A DNA stretch of 64,000 nt from Nitrospirales bacterium (GTDB taxonomy: Bacteria; Nitrospirota; Nitrospiria; Nitrospirales; UBA8639): NCBI GenBank assembly GCA_963422365.1, contig OY729426.1:864001-928000 (forward strand). Direction: 5' to 3'. Of the stretch, positions 50,870 through 62,313 are shown one piece after another. Under the pieces are notes generated by a model. It worked only from the letters and a program-made list of their open reading frames with translations. It made no database searches and was not told the origin of the DNA. Each line of letters begins with the position of its first letter. Positions within the stretch are counted from its first letter, which is position 1. The translations under genes and the position numbers were made by a program.

Positions 50870-53542
50870 TTGACGATGCCTTCCCATACATCCACTGACG
50901 CGACGCCCAAGAAGAAGACGGCTCGCCCGCGCCTCGCCGAAGGAGCGGGCAAGATCTTGGTCATCACCGAGAAGCCCTCAGTGGCCCGTGACATCACCAA
51001 AGCGCTCGGTGGGTTTCAGAACAAGAAAAACTTCTTCGAGGGGCCGCGCCACATCGTGACTTCGGCGGTCGGTCACATGCTCGAACTGGTCGCGCCAGCA
51101 GGTGTTGAAGTCGAGCGTGGCAAGTGGTCGCTCGCCAACCTCCCTGTCATCCCCGATCAATTCGACCTGAAACCGATCCAGAAGAATGAATCGCAACTCA
51201 ACCTGATCAAGAAACTCTACGCGCGTAAGGATATTGACAGAGTCATCAACGCCTGCGACGCCGGGCGAGAAGGTGAGTTGATCTTCCATTACCTGATTCG
51301 CCATTTCAAGGGCTCAAAGCCGGTGCAGCGCCTGTGGTTGCAATCCATGACCCCGCAGGCGATCCGCGACGGCTTTGAGAGGCTTCGCGACGGCGATAAA
51401 TTGTTGCCATTACAGCGTGCCGCCGTGTGTCGCTCGGAGTCAGACTGGCTCATCGGGATCAACGCCACCAGGGCCATGACTGCGCTGAATTCGAGCGGCG
51501 GCGGCTTTTCACTGACCACGGTCGGTCGGGTGCAAACCCCTACGCTCGCGCTTCTTGTAGACCGTGAGAAAGAGATCAAGCGCTTCGAGCCGCGTGATTA
51601 TTGGGAGGTCAAGGCTGCCTTCGCGATCGCCTCCGGCCGGTACGAAGGGTCCTGGGTTGATCCGCAGCTGCAAGCTCAGGCGAAGCGGGGTGCCACACAA
51701 GGTGCGGCAAAGGATCAGCATGGCACTGTGAAGCCGGAGCGTATCTGGGACAAGGCCCGGGCCGAGGCCCTCGTCGCGAAATGTGCGAATCGGGAGGGCC
51801 GTGTTTCCGAAACCACGAAGCCATCGAGCCAGCAGGCACCGATGCTGTTTGACCTGACCTCGCTCCAGCGTGAAGCGAACCGGCGTTTTGGTTTCTCGGC
51901 AAAATCCACGCTCAGCATCGCGCAGGCGCTGTATGAGCGGCACAAGGTCCTGACCTACCCCCGCACCGATTCGCGGACGTTACCCGAGGATTACCCGGAT
52001 ACGGTCAGAGAGATCATACAGTCACTGGTCGCAGCTAACACCGGCACCATGCCGGACATCGAGGGCGACAGACCGATCAGCCACTGGGCCGAACAGGCAC
52101 TCCAAAAACATTACATCAATGGCAAAAACAAGCGCATCTTCAACAACGCTCAGGTATCCGATCACTTTGCTATCATTCCAACAGGGGAGGGGCCAAGCAA
52201 ACTGAAAGAACAGGAACGTCGCATCTATGAATTGGTCACTCGTTCTTTCATCGCAGCGTTCTACCCCGCGGCCCGCTTTGAAAGCACGTTGCGCCGCACC
52301 GTCGTCGAAGACCAGACCTTTGAGACCCGTGGCCGGGTGCTGATCGAGAGCGGCTGGTTGCAGGTGATGGGGCGCAAGGAAAGCAACGAGACGTTACCGC
52401 CGCTCGCGGGCGCCGCCAAGGACGGCTCCGAAAAGGCCAAGACGGTCGAAATCGAAATGGAGGGCAAGCAAACCAAGTCGCCACCGCGCTACAACGAGGC
52501 GACCCTGTTGTCTGCGATGGAAGGCGCGGGCAAACTGATGGAGGACCATGAGTTGCGCGAAGCGATGCAGGGTCGTGGTCTCGGCACGCCCGCGACGCGC
52601 GCTTCGATCATTGAGGAATTGATCCGCAACCGCTACATCCTGCGCGATGCCCGTGAATTGATCCCGACGGCCAAGGCCACGACGTTGCTCAGGTTGTTGC
52701 GCGCCCTCAAGATTGACGAATTGACCACGGCCGAATTGACCGGCGACTGGGAAAAGAAACTGAAGCAGATCGAAATCGACCAGTTCTCCTCCGATGAGTT
52801 TATGCGTCACATTCGCAGGATGACCTTGGATATTGTCGGTGCCGCGCGGCATTGTGACGTTGACCGGATTGACGATGAATACGCCATGCTCGAGGTGGCG
52901 TGTCCCAAGTGCGGCAAGGGCAAGGTGCGAGAGAACTATCGCAAGTTTGTTTGCGAGGCGTGTGATTTCTCGATTTGGAAATCCATCGCCGGGCGGGAGT
53001 TGTCATCCAATGAGGTGACCATCCTGTTGCGTGACCGGCGCCTTGGCCCGTTGAACGGTTTCCGCAGCCGCCTCGGTCGAGAATTTACCGCGGAGTTGAT
53101 CGTCAGGGACGATTTCACCGTGGCCTTTGATTTTGGCGAGACCACCGAGGATGATGATGTTGATCCGCAGAATTGCGACCAACTCGGTCCCTGTCCCAAG
53201 TGTGGCGCGCAGGTGATTGATACGCCGAAACGATACGTCTGTAGCAACGGGCTGAGGGATGAATCGCCCTGCGATTTCAAAATTGGTCGGCAGATCCTGA
53301 ATCGCCCCATCGATGCCGGTGAAGTGCGGCAACTATTGTGTACGGGCAAGACCGATCTCCTGCAGGGCTTCGTGTCGAAGAAGAACAAACGCAGGTTCGC
53401 GGCCCATCTCACGATCGACCTGTCCGATGGCTCCGGTAAATTCGGGTTTGAGTTCGCGCTGCGCAAGAACGAAGTGGATGGCGGCGGCAAGAACAAGGGT
53501 TTCAGTCACAAGAAAGCCACTCGGCAACGCCTCCGCGTCTGA
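50870..53542 (+). CDS. topB: Type IA DNA topoisomerase III with C-terminal zinc-ribbon repeats
   Basis: ITEKPSVARD, NACDAGREGELIF, GRVQTPTL, LTYPRTDS, GLGTPATRA and CPKCG repeats. Confidence 0.88.
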   Translation: MTMPSHTSTDATPKKKTARPRLAEGAGKILVITEKPSVARDITKALGGFQNKKNFFEGPRHIVTSAVGHMLELVAPAGVEVERGKWSLANLPVIPDQFDLKPIQKNESQLNLIKKLYARKDIDRVINACDAGREGELIFHYLIRHFKGSKPVQRLWLQSMTPQAIRDGFERLRDGDKLLPLQRAAVCRSESDWLIGINATRAMTALNSSGGGFSLTTVGRVQTPTLALLVDREKEIKRFEPRDYWEVKAAFAIASGRYEGSWVDPQLQAQAKRGATQGAAKDQHGTVKPERIWDKARAEALVAKCANREGRVSETTKPSSQQAPMLFDLTSLQREANRRFGFSAKSTLSIAQALYERHKVLTYPRTDSRTLPEDYPDTVREIIQSLVAANTGTMPDIEGDRPISHWAEQALQKHYINGKNKRIFNNAQVSDHFAIIPTGEGPSKLKEQERRIYELVTRSFIAAFYPAARFESTLRRTVVEDQTFETRGRVLIESGWLQVMGRKESNETLPPLAGAAKDGSEKAKTVEIEMEGKQTKSPPRYNEATLLSAMEGAGKLMEDHELREAMQGRGLGTPATRASIIEELIRNRYILRDARELIPTAKATTLLRLLRALKIDELTTAELTGDWEKKLKQIEIDQFSSDEFMRHIRRMTLDIVGAARHCDVDRIDDEYAMLEVACPKCGKGKVRENYRKFVCEACDFSIWKSIAGRELSSNEVTILLRDRRLGPLNGFRSRLGREFTAELIVRDDFTVAFDFGETTEDDDVDPQNCDQLGPCPKCGAQVIDTPKRYVCSNGLRDESPCDFKIGRQILNRPIDAGEVRQLLCTGKTDLLQGFVSKKNKRRFAAHLTIDLSDGSGKFGFEFALRKNEVDGGGKNKGFSHKKATRQRLRV

Positions 53543-53661
53543 CAAAAAGATGGATCCAGGGCCGCTCAGTCGCAAAGTTGGTGTGCCTCATGGGGGGCTT
53601 TGTCGCTTCTCGGTCGTTGTTTCGACCATCTCAGTGATCAGGATGGCTCCTGATCCACTCG

Positions 53662-54921
53662 TTACGAGCCGACAGCGGGTTTCATACGGTTTGACTGTTC
53701 GAAAGATTTAAACGGTTCACCTTTCTTCAGAATCACGTCTTCGGTAATCACCACTTCCTTGATCTCGGGTTGAGAAGGGATTTCGTACATAATATCAAGC
53801 ATCACCTCTTCAAGGATTGCGCGAAGACCTCGTGCTCCGGTTTTTTGAGCATAGGCTTTTCTGGCAATGCCACTGAGCGCCCCGTCAGTAAATTTCAGTT
53901 TCACGTTGTCCAAGGACAACAACTTTTGATACTGCTTGGTCAAGGCATTTTTGGGCTCGGTCAAAATCCGCACCAACACTTTTTCATCTAACTCTTCAAG
54001 CGTGGTCACAACCGGTAATCGCCCAATGAATTCTGGAATCAACCCATATTGGAGCAAATCTTCCGGTTGGGTATAGGTCAACAGGGAAGGCACGTGTTTC
54101 TGACGTGATGCGGGCAGGTCAGATTTGAAGCCCATGCGTTTTTGATTGAGGCGTCGTTCGATAATGGATTCAAGTCCGACAAAGGCTCCCCCACAAATGA
54201 CCAAGATATTTTTGGTATCGACTTGGATAAATTCCTGATGTGGGTGTTTCCGGCCACCTTGCGGCGGCACATTGGCCACGGTGCCTTCTATTAATTTGAG
54301 AAGCGCTTGTTGCACACCCTCCCCGGACACGTCGCGGGTAATGGAGGGACTGTCAGCCTTCCGCGTGATTTTGTCGATCTCATCAATATAAATGATACCG
54401 CGTTCTGCGCGTTCCACTTCATAGTCCGCGGCTTGCAGTAGTTTTAAGATGATATTCTCGACGTCTTCCCCGACATACCCCGCCTCGGTTAAGGTTGTGG
54501 CATCGGCCAATGTAAACGGCACATCGAGATAATCAGCGAGGGTTTGAGCCAATAAGGTTTTCCCCGTTCCCGTTGGCCCAATCATCAGAACGTTGCCCTT
54601 TTGGAGCTTAATATCTCCGGTTTCATTGGCAGCGATGCGTTTATAGTGATTGTGAACGGCAACCGAGAGAATTTTTTTTGCGCGGGGTTGGTCGATGATG
54701 TATTGATCGAGGTGGCGATTAATTTCGGCAGGTTTTCGAAGTTTTGAGGATATTTCTTCTTTGACCTCTTGCCACTCTTCGGCCATGATTTCATTACACA
54801 GGCCCACGCATTCGTCACAAATGTACACGGTGGGACCCGCGATCAGTTTACGCACTTGATCGCGGCTTTTCCCGCAGAACGAACACCGAAGATTCACGTC
54901 TGATTTGACCTGCTTGGCCAT
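53662..54921 (-). CDS. clpX: ATP-dependent Clp protease ATP-binding subunit ClpX
   Basis: CSFCGK zinc finger, GPTGTGKT and [14 protein letters not shown]. Confidence 0.97.
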   Translation of the reverse strand: MAKQVKSDVNLRCSFCGKSRDQVRKLIAGPTVYICDECVGLCNEIMAEEWQEVKEEISSKLRKPAEINRHLDQYIIDQPRAKKILSVAVHNHYKRIAANETGDIKLQKGNVLMIGPTGTGKTLLAQTLADYLDVPFTLADATTLTEAGYVGEDVENIILKLLQAADYEVERAERGIIYIDEIDKITRKADSPSITRDVSGEGVQQALLKLIEGTVANVPPQGGRKHPHQEFIQVDTKNILVICGGAFVGLESIIERRLNQKRMGFKSDLPASRQKHVPSLLTYTQPEDLLQYGLIPEFIGRLPVVTTLEELDEKVLVRILTEPKNALTKQYQKLLSLDNVKLKFTDGALSGIARKAYAQKTGARGLRAILEEVMLDIMYEIPSQPEIKEVVITEDVILKKGEPFKSFEQSNRMKPAVGS

Positions 54922-54951
54922 GAAGGCACCGTTTGGTGAGGCGTTCAGTAA

Positions 54952-55563
54952 CTAGGCGCCATTTGAACCGGTTTTCTCCGTTTCTAACGTTCGAACAATG
55001 ACTTCATCAATGAGGCCATAGTCTTTGGCTTCGGTTCCTGACATGAAATAGTCTCGCTCGGTATCTTGGCTGATCTTCTCTAACGACTGCCCCGTATGGT
55101 GCGAAAGGATCTGGTTAAGTCGCTCTCGAATTTTCAGAATCTCACGTGCGTGAATATCGATCTCTGTCGCCTGTCCTTGAAACCCTCCCATCGGTTGATG
55201 AATCATCACCCGGGCGTTGGGAAGTGCATAGCGTTTGCCTTTGGTGCCGGAGGCTAGGAGCAGGGCGCCCATGCTTGCCGCTTGCCCTAAACAAATAGTC
55301 GTAATCGGTGGTTTCACATATTGTATGGTGTCGTAAATACCGAGGCCTGCGGTCACGCTTCCACCTGGGGAATTAATATAGAGGTTGATGTCTTTTTCCG
55401 GATCTTCTGCCTCTAAGAACAGTAATTGAGCAATAATGAGGTTGGAGAATACGTCATCAACCGGTGCGCCTAGAAAGATAATGCGATCTTTCAAGAGGCG
55501 GGAGTAGATATCATATGCTCGTTCGCCCCGGTTCGTACTCTCAATAACCATTGGAATTAACAT
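54952..55563 (-). CDS. clpP: ATP-dependent Clp protease proteolytic subunit
   Basis: [28 protein letters not shown] and MIHQP. Confidence 0.97.
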   Translation of the reverse strand: MLIPMVIESTNRGERAYDIYSRLLKDRIIFLGAPVDDVFSNLIIAQLLFLEAEDPEKDINLYINSPGGSVTAGLGIYDTIQYVKPPITTICLGQAASMGALLLASGTKGKRYALPNARVMIHQPMGGFQGQATEIDIHAREILKIRERLNQILSHHTGQSLEKISQDTERDYFMSGTEAKDYGLIDEVIVRTLETEKTGSNGA

Positions 55564-55605
55564 ACGGTTTTACCCTTTCTGTTCAAAACCGGTTTTCGGA
55601 GAGCC

Positions 55606-56931
55606 TTACCCTTGAATCACCGCATATTGGTAGACCAATTGAAGAGCTTTTTCGGCCCGGATGCGATCCTCAAATTCTTGACGTGAACTTTGCCCCCCCG
55701 ATTCCACCATCTTTTGAATCTCTTCCAGCGGGACTTGAAGGCCCTGGGCGAGTTTGGTGAATTCTTCCTGAATGTCCTGGTCACTCACAGAGAGCCCTTC
55801 CTTGTGCGCAATGGCTTCTAACACTAATCCAAGCTTGACGCGTTTTTGCGCCCCCGGAGCGACCTCTTTATGGATTCGTTTCGCCTCCTCTTCCATTTGG
55901 ATTTGATCATTCACCGAGAACTTCCCGCCCTTTTTCCGTTGTTCTTCCATGAGGCGTTGTCGAACCATCGTGCGAATTTCCCGTTCGATCAGGACTTCGG
56001 GGAGGTCAAAGTGATGCATGGCCAAAAGGCGCTCAAGAATTTGATCCTTATAGCCGCCTTCCACGTCCCGTTTGAGTACCGATTCCAATTCGGATCGAAT
56101 CGTCTCTTTGAGAGCCTCGAGGGTGTCATAGGCTCCGCAATCTTTGGCAAATTCATCATCTAAAGTCGGGAGAATTTTTTGCTTCACCCCAAGGATTAAG
56201 ACGTGAAATGTGACGCATTTGCCAGCCAGGCGGGCATCCGGATGCGTGAAGGGATATTCTTGGCGAACCTTCGCCTGGTCCCCTTCTTTTTTCCCCACGA
56301 GCGCCTCGTCAATGGTGAGACCCAGCACGGGTTCCTGAGACCCTACTCTGAGGAGAAGGCCTTCTTTTTTCGAACCTTCCACGGACTCACCATCGACAAA
56401 GCCTTCAATCGTCACGACCGCATACAGGCCTTCATCTAGGGGAGTGCCGGAGGGGGCGGCATCCAGCCGAGACTGTTGTTCTCGAAGTCGTTCCAGGTTT
56501 GCATTCACATCCTGATCGGTAATGGTCCGGGAATCGGGCTTCAAGGAAATCGGATTGGGTGGACGATAATCACGTAATTCAATAGACGGCTTAATTTCAA
56601 CGGTGGCGGTGAAGGTGAGCGAGGTGTTACGTGTGGCTTTCAATCGCTCCAAAGGAGGAATTTCAACCAGAACGGGTGACACGCCGGCTTCGTGAATCGC
56701 CTTCTGGTAGTAGGTTGGCACTAAGTGCTGAAGGACATCCTGCTCGATGGCCTTCGCGTAGCGTTTTTCCAACATGGCGATCGGCGCTTTGCCGGGTCGG
56801 AAGCCTGGGATGCGAGTTTGGCGTTTCAGATCGGTATACGCCCGGTCAAATTCTTGGTTGACGATGTCTTCCGGGACTTCGATTTTAATCGCACGTTTCA
56901 CCGGCCCTAATTCTGTGACTTCCAATTTCAT
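55606..56931 (-). CDS. tig: Trigger factor
   Basis: IPGFRPGKAP signature, LDDEFAK and position upstream of clpPX. Confidence 0.95.
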   Translation of the reverse strand: MKLEVTELGPVKRAIKIEVPEDIVNQEFDRAYTDLKRQTRIPGFRPGKAPIAMLEKRYAKAIEQDVLQHLVPTYYQKAIHEAGVSPVLVEIPPLERLKATRNTSLTFTATVEIKPSIELRDYRPPNPISLKPDSRTITDQDVNANLERLREQQSRLDAAPSGTPLDEGLYAVVTIEGFVDGESVEGSKKEGLLLRVGSQEPVLGLTIDEALVGKKEGDQAKVRQEYPFTHPDARLAGKCVTFHVLILGVKQKILPTLDDEFAKDCGAYDTLEALKETIRSELESVLKRDVEGGYKDQILERLLAMHHFDLPEVLIEREIRTMVRQRLMEEQRKKGGKFSVNDQIQMEEEAKRIHKEVAPGAQKRVKLGLVLEAIAHKEGLSVSDQDIQEEFTKLAQGLQVPLEEIQKMVESGGQSSRQEFEDRIRAEKALQLVYQYAVIQG

Positions 56932-57032
56932 GATATTCCTTTATCGAAGATCTCCAAAAGGCTGCCAGGCAGTCTGTTCAGGATGACGCTCACACAAACC
57001 TCATCCTGAACGAAGTCGATAGGATCGTGGGT

Positions 57033-57115
57033 TGGTGCGAGAGGGGGGACTCGAACCCCCACGGTCTCCCACGAGATCCTAAGTCTCGCGCGTCTGCCTG
57101 TTCCGCCACTCTCGC
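57033..57115 (-). tRNA. tRNA-Leu(TAG)
   Basis: GCGAGAG acceptor stem, anticodon arm CGAGA-CTTAGGA-TCTCG, GTTCGAGTC T-loop and CCA end. Confidence 0.95.
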
Positions 57116-57286
57116 TTAAATGAATCGATTCCTTTTCTGAGGATCACTCGAAACGGTACGGCTGGTTATGGAGCCCAAATGAAACAGGCTTTGGGGTTCA
57201 GTAAACGCGACGCTGTTTTTTCTATTTACCCATACGGTGCGTAGAGTGTCAACACAGGTTCTTGCCAGGATTCAATGGAGTAGGCT

Positions 57287-57544
57287 ATGGTACTCATTAT
57301 GGGTCTCAAAAAATTGTACAGCAATATTTACGAGCAATTCATCCACACACGAGACACGCACAAAGGGTTTCATTTTCAAGAGGAGACACTCAAAAGCGTG
57401 TCGCCCAAAGCTGTTTCGTTTAAGGATCGCATTCAATGGTGGACCCTTGACCGGCCTCAACGGTTAAAGATGATCGAACAGGAACGGGACCGGCAACAAC
57501 AAGACATTCTTGCCCTCAAGCGCCAGACGAAATCGTCAACGTAA
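57287..57544 (+). CDS. Hypothetical protein
   Basis: 85-aa ORF with a GGAG RBS-like sequence upstream; no family recognised. Confidence 0.45.
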   Translation: MVLIMGLKKLYSNIYEQFIHTRDTHKGFHFQEETLKSVSPKAVSFKDRIQWWTLDRPQRLKMIEQERDRQQQDILALKRQTKSST

Positions 57545-57894
57545 TCGCCTTCTTCATTCCTTGTGGCTACGACGATGCATGTCAGAGCTCGTTCAAGCGG
57601 CTATCGTCAAGCTTTTACTCGCGATGTGGCAGGTAGCTCTTTGGGGATGTGCTCACCATTGGTTTTATTCATTGGTTTTATTGTATGGATGCCCGTACAC
57701 ATTCTCGAATTGGGCGTGTAAGCCAATCCCTAAGGACCAGTGATTATCTCGGCGGTCCTTCTGCTGTGGTTTCGCGGCCATCTCTCTAAGGCTTTGACAG
57801 GGTCGTCTCGATGATAACGACTATTTGAACGACTACGTCAGGCATAAGGGATCTTAAGGGACCGCCGTCAGTACACGGGGTTGAAGAATGTATG

Positions 57895-57951
57895 TGTAGG
57901 GCCGCATCTCATGCGGCCAAGAAGAGGGCGCCATGAGATGTCGCCGCTCCA
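57895..57951. repeat. Inverted pair of REP-like repeats
   Basis: tgtagggccgcatctcatgcggcc followed by an inverted copy agggcgccatgagatgtcgccgctcca. Confidence 0.6.
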
Positions 57952-58111
57952 ATCGAAGGAGAAGAAGTCTTCATGAGGCATGTCCCTGTCCTTTCTCTAA
58001 TTCCCCTCCTTTGTCAAGAGGGGTGAAGGGGAGGTAGAGGCTTATACCTTGCCTTGTTGCTCCGCAGGGCGCATGTTAAAATGACACGTTTTTACCCTAG
58101 CCCCTGCATGC

Positions 58112-58201
<90 letters not shown>

Positions 58202-58276
58202 TGTCATGAGAATCAGTACGCCGGTGAGTGGAAACACGTCGATTCTCCGTTTGGGGATCATCACTGACAACGGAAA

Positions 58277-58377
58277 GGGGCTGGGCCCTGTGCAACGGAA
58301 TCTTGTAAACCCCGCCAGGTCCGGAAGGAAGCAACGGTAAGCAGGCGAGTCTGTGTGCTGCAGGATCACCTGGCCCC
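58277..58377 (+). ncRNA. ffs: Signal recognition particle RNA (small bacterial SRP)
   Basis: Conserved core GCCAGGTCCGGAAGGAAGCAACGG, closing GGGGCT/GGCCCC stem, tRNA-Ser-ffs-dnaX synteny. Confidence 0.92.
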
Positions 58378-58463
58378 GGTTTTACGATCGCCATCCGTGA
58401 AGAGTAGCCATATGACTGTGAAGCCAATGGGTGAGGGATGAGGCACGTGACGCACGACGAGTG

Positions 58464-60302
58464 ATGGAATACCAAGTTTCCGCCAGAAAATTTCGTCCGG
58501 GCACGTTTGAAGAGTTGATCGGGCAGCCGCATGTGGTCCAAATGCTGCGAAACGCCATCCTTCGGCAACAGGTGGCCCATGCCTATCTCTTTTCCGGAAT
58601 GCGCGGAGTGGGGAAGACCACGGCCGCGCGTATTTTGGCCAAAGCGCTGAATTGCGAAAAAGGCCCCACCCCAGAACCCTGCGGACAGTGCGAGAGTTGT
58701 TTGGAAATTACGCGTGGCAACTCGGTTGATGTCATTGAGATCGATGGGGCCTCAAATACCGGGGTCGATGATGTCCGGGAGCTTCGTGAAAACGTCAAAT
58801 TTTCGCCCTTCCGAGGCACCTATCGGATCTCTATCATCGATGAAGTGCACATGCTCTCCAATTCGGCGTTTAACGCGCTGTTGAAAACGTTGGAAGAACC
58901 TCCTCAGCATGCGGTGTTTATCTTTGCGACGACTGAAGTCCATAAAATTCCCCCTACCATCACTTCTCGATGTCAACATTTCAACTTTCGGCGGATTCCC
59001 CGGCGAGAGATCATTGCTCGTCTCCAGGAAGTCGTGAACCATATCGATGTCACGATCGGCGAACGAAGCTTGGGAGCGATGGCCAGAGCGAGTGAGGGCA
59101 GTATGCGTGATGCCCTCAGTTTATTGGATCAAGCCGTGGCGTTCGGTGGCAAAACGATTACCGAGCATGATGTGGAAGATATGCTCGGGGCCGTTCCTGA
59201 CGAACTGGTGGGTCGAGTGGTGGATACCGTCGTGGCCCAGGACGCCGCCGCGGCCGTCGCACTTGTCGGAGAGGTGGTGGCTCATGGGTACGACCTTCGG
59301 GTCTATTGTGGGGCGGTGGTGGAGCGCATGCGCCATCTGATGATTGCGGCAGTGGTGCCTGGGTTCGAGCAAGCACAAGGCTTGATGGATTTGCCTGATG
59401 AACATGTGAAACAATTGTTGGCGGAAGCCAACTCGTTTTCGGTGGAGCAGTTACAAGAGTTATTTCATCTTTTTGCCCAAGCCGAAGATCGCCTTCGGTC
59501 AACGGCGCATCCCCGTTTTGTTTTTGAAGTGGCAGCCGTTCGCGCGGCGCGGTTGCTTCAACACAGTGTGCAGGTTCCGCAAGTAGCCGAAACGCTAAAG
59601 GATCCTCGACCACACAGTTCAAGAACGCCGGGTGAAAAGAGCGGGCCAATGTCCGGGTCATCACCGTTACGATCACCGGACCATCGCATCAGAACGTCTG
59701 GACCGCCTTCGGCTACCATGCCGAGTCAGGGGCGGGGTCAACCTCCTCCTGTGCAAAGAGAAACCCACCCGCCGAAACATGTGAGGAGTGCTCCTCCCAC
59801 CGGACAGCCTGCGGTCAAGACGGAACAGAGCCTCAGAGTCTCTGCCCCGCCACAGGGAAAGCCGTCTCCGGCGACGTCGCCCGCCATTCGGCAAGAAGAC
59901 TGGCAGCGGGTCGTCGAATCCGTGGTTTGCAATTTCCCCAACATTGGAACTTTTTTGGAAATGGGGATGTTGGTAACAATCGAAGGCAACCAAGTCATCG
60001 TGGGGTTTCCCAAAACCGCATCGGTGGCCTGTTCAAGAATCCAGAAAGAAGAGAATCGTGCATTGATCGCAAAGGTCTGTCAGGAAGTCGCCGGGGCGAC
60101 GATTCACCTTCGCGTGGTCGAGTTGACCGAAAAACCAGGCGACAGGCTCACCATCAAGCAGATGCGAGCGAAACAGCACGAGCAAGATGGCGAGGCCTTA
60201 CTGGAACAGGCACGAGCGAATCCCATGGTGAAACACGCTATGGAATTGTTTGGTGGAGAAGTGGTGAAGGCGAGCCGCGTGACGGGAAAGAAGGAGGCCT
60301 AA
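58464..60302 (+). CDS. dnaX: DNA polymerase III subunit gamma/tau
   Basis: YQVSARKFRP, GMRGVGKTT, EIDGASN, DEVHML and SRCQ. Confidence 0.96.
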   Translation: MEYQVSARKFRPGTFEELIGQPHVVQMLRNAILRQQVAHAYLFSGMRGVGKTTAARILAKALNCEKGPTPEPCGQCESCLEITRGNSVDVIEIDGASNTGVDDVRELRENVKFSPFRGTYRISIIDEVHMLSNSAFNALLKTLEEPPQHAVFIFATTEVHKIPPTITSRCQHFNFRRIPRREIIARLQEVVNHIDVTIGERSLGAMARASEGSMRDALSLLDQAVAFGGKTITEHDVEDMLGAVPDELVGRVVDTVVAQDAAAAVALVGEVVAHGYDLRVYCGAVVERMRHLMIAAVVPGFEQAQGLMDLPDEHVKQLLAEANSFSVEQLQELFHLFAQAEDRLRSTAHPRFVFEVAAVRAARLLQHSVQVPQVAETLKDPRPHSSRTPGEKSGPMSGSSPLRSPDHRIRTSGPPSATMPSQGRGQPPPVQRETHPPKHVRSAPPTGQPAVKTEQSLRVSAPPQGKPSPATSPAIRQEDWQRVVESVVCNFPNIGTFLEMGMLVTIEGNQVIVGFPKTASVACSRIQKEENRALIAKVCQEVAGATIHLRVVELTEKPGDRLTIKQMRAKQHEQDGEALLEQARANPMVKHAMELFGGEVVKASRVTGKKEA

Positions 60303-60304
60303 GC

Positions 60305-60628
60305 ATGTCCAAGAATCCTTTTGGCAATATGGGGAATTTGTTGAAACAAGCCCAAGCCATGCAGGAGAAATTAGGAAAAATTCAGGAAGAAGCGGCCGCG
60401 AAAACCGTCCAAGCGTCGGCTGGGGGCGGGATGGTCACGGTCACGGCCAATGGGGGTATGCAAATCACCAACGTGGCGATTGATCCCGAAGTCTTGAAGT
60501 CAGAGGATCCCGACATGTTGCGAGACCTCCTTGTGGCTGCAACCAATGAAGCCTTACGCAAAGCCAAAGCATTTATGGCTGAAGAAGTGAAGGGGGTGAC
60601 TGGGGGGCTCGGCATCCCTGGATTGTAA
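60305..60628 (+). CDS. ybaB: YbaB/EbfC nucleoid-associated protein
   Basis: KQAQAMQ, AGGGMVTVTANG and DLLVAATNEAL. Confidence 0.93.
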   Translation: MSKNPFGNMGNLLKQAQAMQEKLGKIQEEAAAKTVQASAGGGMVTVTANGGMQITNVAIDPEVLKSEDPDMLRDLLVAATNEALRKAKAFMAEEVKGVTGGLGIPGL

Positions 60629-60702
60629 CGGGACGTGCACCCACAGCAGTGTTGACCGAGACGTGAGCCTTCTTCCAAGTTTGAACGCGTGCAGAACAAA
60701 TC

Positions 60703-61311
60703 ATGAGTGTGCCACAGCAGCAACCGGGATTATTGGCCAAGCTGGTGAAGGAATTTGTGCGGTTGCCCGGCATTGGGCAAAAGACCGCGCAACGACTCGC
60801 CTTTCATCTGATGAAGGTGAACAAAGAAGACGCCCTGCGCCTAGCCGATGCGATTCGAAATGTCAAAGAATTTGTGACGTTTTGCGTGCAATGTCGCAAT
60901 ATTGCGGAAAGCGAGTTGTGCGACATTTGCCAAGATTCGAAACGGGATCGAACGAAAATTCTGGTCGTGGAAGAACCGAGTACCTTACATGCCGTTGATC
61001 AAAGTCGCGGGTACAAAGGCTTGTATCACGTCTTGATGGGCTCGCTTTCACCGCTGGACGGTGTGGGCCCGTCTGACATTCGCGCGAAGGAGTTGGCACT
61101 GCGCGTCCGAGACGGTGGAGTCAAGGAGGTCATCGTGGCGACGAATCCCACCATCGAAGGCGAGGCAACGGCGATTTATCTCACGAACCTCTTGAAGCCC
61201 TACGGGGTGAAGGTCTCACGAATTGCGTATGGCATTCCTGTTGGCATGGATATCGAATATGCCGACGACGTGACGCTGACCAAATCCATTGAAGGGCGTC
61301 GTGAACTGTAG
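60703..61311 (+). CDS. recR: Recombination mediator RecR
   Basis: LPGIGQKTAQRLA, C4 zinc finger, YHVLMG and ATNPTIEGEATA. Confidence 0.96.
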   Translation: MSVPQQQPGLLAKLVKEFVRLPGIGQKTAQRLAFHLMKVNKEDALRLADAIRNVKEFVTFCVQCRNIAESELCDICQDSKRDRTKILVVEEPSTLHAVDQSRGYKGLYHVLMGSLSPLDGVGPSDIRAKELALRVRDGGVKEVIVATNPTIEGEATAIYLTNLLKPYGVKVSRIAYGIPVGMDIEYADDVTLTKSIEGRREL

Positions 61312-61345
61312 CAGACGTTTTCAAGCGTCTGGCGGCTAACAACGG

Positions 61346-62113
61346 ATGAAACTCTTTCTCAGATTACTTGTTCTTATTGGAGTTTTCGGGGTCATTGCCA
61401 TCCTGATTGTTGGCCTGTCTTTAAATGCCCTGGTCAAAATCGGCGTGGAGACCATGGGGCCTAAGGTCGTGGGCGTACCGGTGACCCTGGAGGACGTGGA
61501 TCTGTCGCTGCTGTCAGGCGGCACGGCCATGCGAGCCAGTTTGACCCAACTCCGCATCAAGAACCCTGAAGGCTATGAAACGGCCTATGCCTTTTCCTTT
61601 CCGAACATTCAAATAGAAGTCGATCGGAGCTCGGTGTTGACTGAGACCATTCGTATCGAAGAGGTGCTGATCGTGGGGCCAGCCATTACCTTCGAAGGGT
61701 CACTCGCGAGCAGTAACCTCAGCGACATTCTGGACAACGTCAAACGCAACACGCGACCGAGGTCGGATGACGAGGCGAAAGAAAAAGAGGGAAAGGATGA
61801 GGAAGAATCGGCACGAGACGTTCACATTAAAAAAGTGAGCGTGAAAGACGCGAAAATCACCTTAAGCCTCTTCGGGGGCTCAAGCGAAGCCATTCACGTG
61901 ACATTGCCAGATTTTGCATTGCGTGATATCGGCGACCCCTCCGGAGGCACCACGCTGCAAAAAGCGTTAGCCGAGGTTTTCGATGCGATGTACGGGGCTA
62001 TTATCAAGGCCGTCACGAAATCGGGACAGTTCATTCCCAAGGGCTTCGAACAACTCGGCACATCCGTCGGGAAGATGGGGAAGGAGTTGTTGAAGGGATT
62101 GTTTGGTCAGTAA
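61346..62113 (+). CDS. AsmA-like membrane-anchored protein
   Basis: N-terminal TM, then GVPVTLEDVDLSLLSG and IKNPEGY, typical of AsmA-N-like proteins. Confidence 0.6.
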   Translation: MKLFLRLLVLIGVFGVIAILIVGLSLNALVKIGVETMGPKVVGVPVTLEDVDLSLLSGGTAMRASLTQLRIKNPEGYETAYAFSFPNIQIEVDRSSVLTETIRIEEVLIVGPAITFEGSLASSNLSDILDNVKRNTRPRSDDEAKEKEGKDEEESARDVHIKKVSVKDAKITLSLFGGSSEAIHVTLPDFALRDIGDPSGGTTLQKALAEVFDAMYGAIIKAVTKSGQFIPKGFEQLGTSVGKMGKELLKGLFGQ

Positions 62114-62313
62114 TCGTCTCGACCCATAACCGTGTCACAACCAGTTGTTTTTGAATTTCCTGGCAAAGTCGATGTCTTCCTCGACGAATCAAGCCTCGTC
62201 GTCACGAACAAACCAATACGCAACAATCTCTATCCTACTTAGAAAGCGTCTGCTACTCTACGAGTATGACAACTTGGCATTAAGAATCAACTGGAATGGA
62301 AAGGATGTAAAAG

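Noticed and set aside
59927..60304. 233-aa ORF extending ybaB upstream, and the similar extension of rodA from 46515
   Set aside because: The extensions overlap dnaX and mrdA; family motifs start at ATG 60305 (with RBS) and ATG 46614.
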